This document shows, one piece after another, positions 61,210 through 64,000 of a DNA stretch of 64,000 nucleotides. The notes under the pieces were generated by a model. That model saw only the letters and a list, made by a program, of their open reading frames with translations, ran no database searches and was not told the DNA's origin. Within the stretch, counting starts at the first letter, position 1. Every line of letters starts with the position of its first letter. This DNA is from Spizellomyces punctatus DAOM BR117 (lineage: Eukaryota): assembly GCA_000182565.2 (NCBI GenBank), contig KQ257462.1; one strand, given 5' to 3'. The translations under genes and the position numbers were made by a program.

Positions 61210-62616
61210 TCACTTCCATCCCACAATCCCTAGCTCTCGTAGCTGACTTTTCCTGGTTGGTCCAATCTGCTCCTCAATGGTCCCTTCAAACACATCCAAA
61301 CGGGTTGTCGCCTCTTCGACAAGGGATAATCCGCCACGAGTACGTGTAATTGTATGTGGAGCCAAATCTGTCGTAAAACATATATCAGAGAGGGATACAA
61401 AGCTTTTGGTGTCTTGGGGCTTAGGTGGTGTGGTTGTTGTTGATGACGGTAGGGGTTGTTTGGTGGGGGAGTTGGAGGTGGACGATGGTCGGGGTTTTGG
61501 CGGGGTTGGTGGGGGAGCGGATGGGGTTTCGGTTTCGGTGGGTGGTTTTGTTATGGGGCGGGTCATGCGGAGGACGGTGGTGAGGTGGTTCATCATAAAG
61601 TTCTATAGTCAAACGATGCGTAAGCGAATGGCGCTGGGATTAGAAAAAGTGGGGTGCTCTTACCTTCAAAGCCAGGGCTACCAATTTTACGCAGTCTTCA
61701 GACTCTAATCCTTCCGGTAATCCTTCGATTTGCGCTTCCAGAGCCATCGCATCACGCAAGGTATCCAGAGTTGGTAATGCGCGGTCTTCATGGCACATGG
61801 GTGGTATACTAGTGATCTCTGTTGAAAGATGCGTCGGTATGCAAAACTGGCACGAGAAAACCAAACCTTCAGTATCACGCACCTGGCGCCTGCTTTGACA
61901 AGACGCTGTATGTCGGTGGTGGTAATCGATGATGCTGAGGGGCTCGTGCCATTGCAAGGGCCACAGATCGGTTCTTTGAATACAACTAATCAACAGTGCT
62001 CGCGGCGCAGCGTATTAACACGTCCCCCAATCACTTACTGGCAGCAAATTCACAATCCTCTGTCGATTACTGGCCGCAAACGACATGACCTCTCTCCGTC
62101 GCAACTTTACCCTCCATTCAGGCAATAATTCTGTCGCTTTACGTTTCGTCCCTGCCAATGTTGACGGAGCCGAACTCTGCGTCGTCGTGGAAGATGGTTT
62201 ACAAGGGAACTGTGCGTGAGGGACTGTCGTAGTTGGTGGTGGAGCGTTTTTGTAAACGTTGTGGAGGATGGCCATGATGAGCTTGTTGTGAAGAGTGACT
62301 AAACATTTGAAATGATCCGAGCGCAATTAGCTACAATTGCCAAAGTCTGAAGCCCATAAGCCACATCACGTCCTAAAAGTTGGAAATACGCACCCTTTCT
62401 CTTTTGCAAGATAGCTCCCGCAACCGCATCAAACTCTTTCCTCGAACATTTCCCATTAATAAACTCTTTAAATTTTGACCAATACTCGGCTCCCCTTTCT
62501 CCAAGCGCGGCCGCCAGCTCCAGCTTTAGTGCCACCGTATCCTTTCGCACAGTGCGTGGCGGTGAATCGGAGGAGGAGCCCCCGTTGGAGGGCGGGGGTG
62601 TTTGGTGGGGCGCCAG
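61210..62616 (-). CDS. HFI1: SAGA subunit Hfi1/Ada1 (Tad1 domain); no in-frame AUG, putative CUG start
   Basis: RKDTVALKLELAAALG..YWSKFKEFINGKCSRKEFD|LHNKLIMAILHN...MCHEDRALP..LRDAM...GL...CVKLVALAL...VSLSDI. Confidence 0.8.
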
Positions 62617-63115
62617 AATGGAAGCGTTTGAAAGGTCAATGCAAATCCCAGTGCCAATCGAATCACAAAGCACGAGTCAAGGTATAAGTGGGCAAAAGTT
62701 GCCCAATATGGTCAAGTGTCCAGAGGTTCGTGAAAATGCAATTCCTGAGCGGTGCGTGTTTTCGGTTTGTCAAGTTGCTAGTCAAAGCGCTGATCTTGGG
62801 ATCCTGGATGGTCAAACGAGCGCAAAGCTCGGGAATTCGCCGATGTCGGGCGTTCAGATCCTGGTCCCGTGACGTATCACAGTCTCGCGGCTTAGCAAAT
62901 CCAATCGTCGTCGTTTAGAAAGCAACTGCACGGAAGAAGGAAACGATTGCAAAAGAAGTAGAACGCAGTTTCCAAATTGCAAAAAACTACTATATTAGCT
63001 AGGCCCAAAGCAAAACAACACATAGTCCATAATTAGAGTGATCCACCGATTTTACAACTACTTAAAAAATAGATACAGGAATCTGAGAAGAACCAAAATG
63101 AAAACAACCCACTGG

Positions 63116-64000
63116 TTACAGCTGCACTTCAGAGACTGAAAGACCCTTCATTGCCAAAATTTCCTCCACCTCAGCCTTTTTTCCAACTCGAACCCGGCCC
63201 GAATCGTCTACTTTCGCCTGAATTCCCGCCTCATCAAGCATTTGTTCTGACTCGGGTGCAATGCCTTGAGGGGTTAGCGATGCAACAAGATCCTGGTTTT
63301 CAGTGTTACCATCGCAAAGATTGCGAATGGCGAGAATAGCGTGCTCTTTGATATCTAAAGACAACACAAATACATAAACAAACAGATCAACATACTTGAT
63401 ATAAACAAAACACTTACATGGGTTGTTGTCATCCACTCGACATTCGTTCAAAATTACTGGGATACCTCCGATGCGTCGTATCTCGTCTTGAACTTCCTTT
63501 GCCTCGTAGCATAGATTTGCAAGAACTTTTACGGTGTCGGATTTAATCATGAAAAAGCCTTGCGGTGGTACGCTTGATGCTGGAGTTGCATCAGAGCTGG
63601 ATCGCTTAGAAAGTGTACTTCGTGGATACAATTTGGAAGCTAGGTTAAGAAGAGCTAATCGCGCAGCAGGTTACTTCAAAGTTTCACTTTGCATGAAAAT
63701 GGAGCAATCACTTACTCAAAAGCGTGTCTGCAAGTCCCGCTTTGACCAACTTCATTTTTGCATCAGGACCCAACTCGGGGGTCACTCTTGCAAAAAATTG
63801 CAAGATTAGAACTAGCCCATCCACATCCAGACCAAACACGTCTGTGGCTTGCATATTGTCTTTCACTTGTTTGGCATTACGGGATATGGAATGCACGAGC
63901 TTTTTCGTGACAGCTACAAAGAAGATAGCCGTGTCGATACCGATTTCAATAGGTGGACGATCATCGCTGCGGTTGGCTTGTGCATCCAGCATTCCGTCGA
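63116..64000 (-). CDS. ATXN10: Ataxin-10/Ctr86 homolog, 3' part (5' end outside the window)
   Basis: KSDTVKVLANLCY..VQDEIRRIGGIPVILNECRVDDNNP|IKEHAILAIRNLCDGNTENQDLVASL. Confidence 0.9.

Noticed and set aside
1-64000. Transposons, viral insertions, CRISPR arrays, rRNA
   Set aside because: No transposase, RT or integrase motifs, terminal repeats, repeat-spacer arrays or rRNA sequence were seen.

Overview
Gene-dense, intron-rich eukaryotic DNA (short GT-AG introns of about 45-80 nt). It is very likely from a zoosporic (chytrid-type) fungus: a velvet regulator, a Chs4/Skt5 activator and a hybrid histidine kinase occur together with an alpha-tubulin acetyltransferase (ATAT1/MEC-17). About 23 protein genes can be supported: SYS1, a small 95-aa orphan, a SAPS-like multi-exon gene missed by the ORF track, MAK21/NOC1, two intronless orphans, a coiled-coil protein, a protein with a C-terminal BIR-like zinc domain, a P4-ATPase flippase, ATAT1, NAC-beta (EGD1), a 6TM hybrid histidine kinase, VPS51 head-to-head with COG7, QCR8, an ALKBH8-like dioxygenase, a velvet protein, ACO2-like aconitase, SKT5/CHS4, an MFS transporter, RAP1GDS1/SmgGDS, SAGA HFI1/ADA1 and the 3' part of ataxin-10. 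No transposon or CRISPR array was seen. The most notable observations are: HFI1/ADA1 has no usable AUG and probably starts at a CUG; a degenerate tRNA-like element lies just upstream of ATAT1; the kinase membrane anchor resembles adenylyl-cyclase/CqsS 6TM domains; the BIR-like domain sits at the C-terminus; and a spliced, TATA-driven transcript carries an in-frame UGA. All assignments come from manual motif recognition; no database searches were run.
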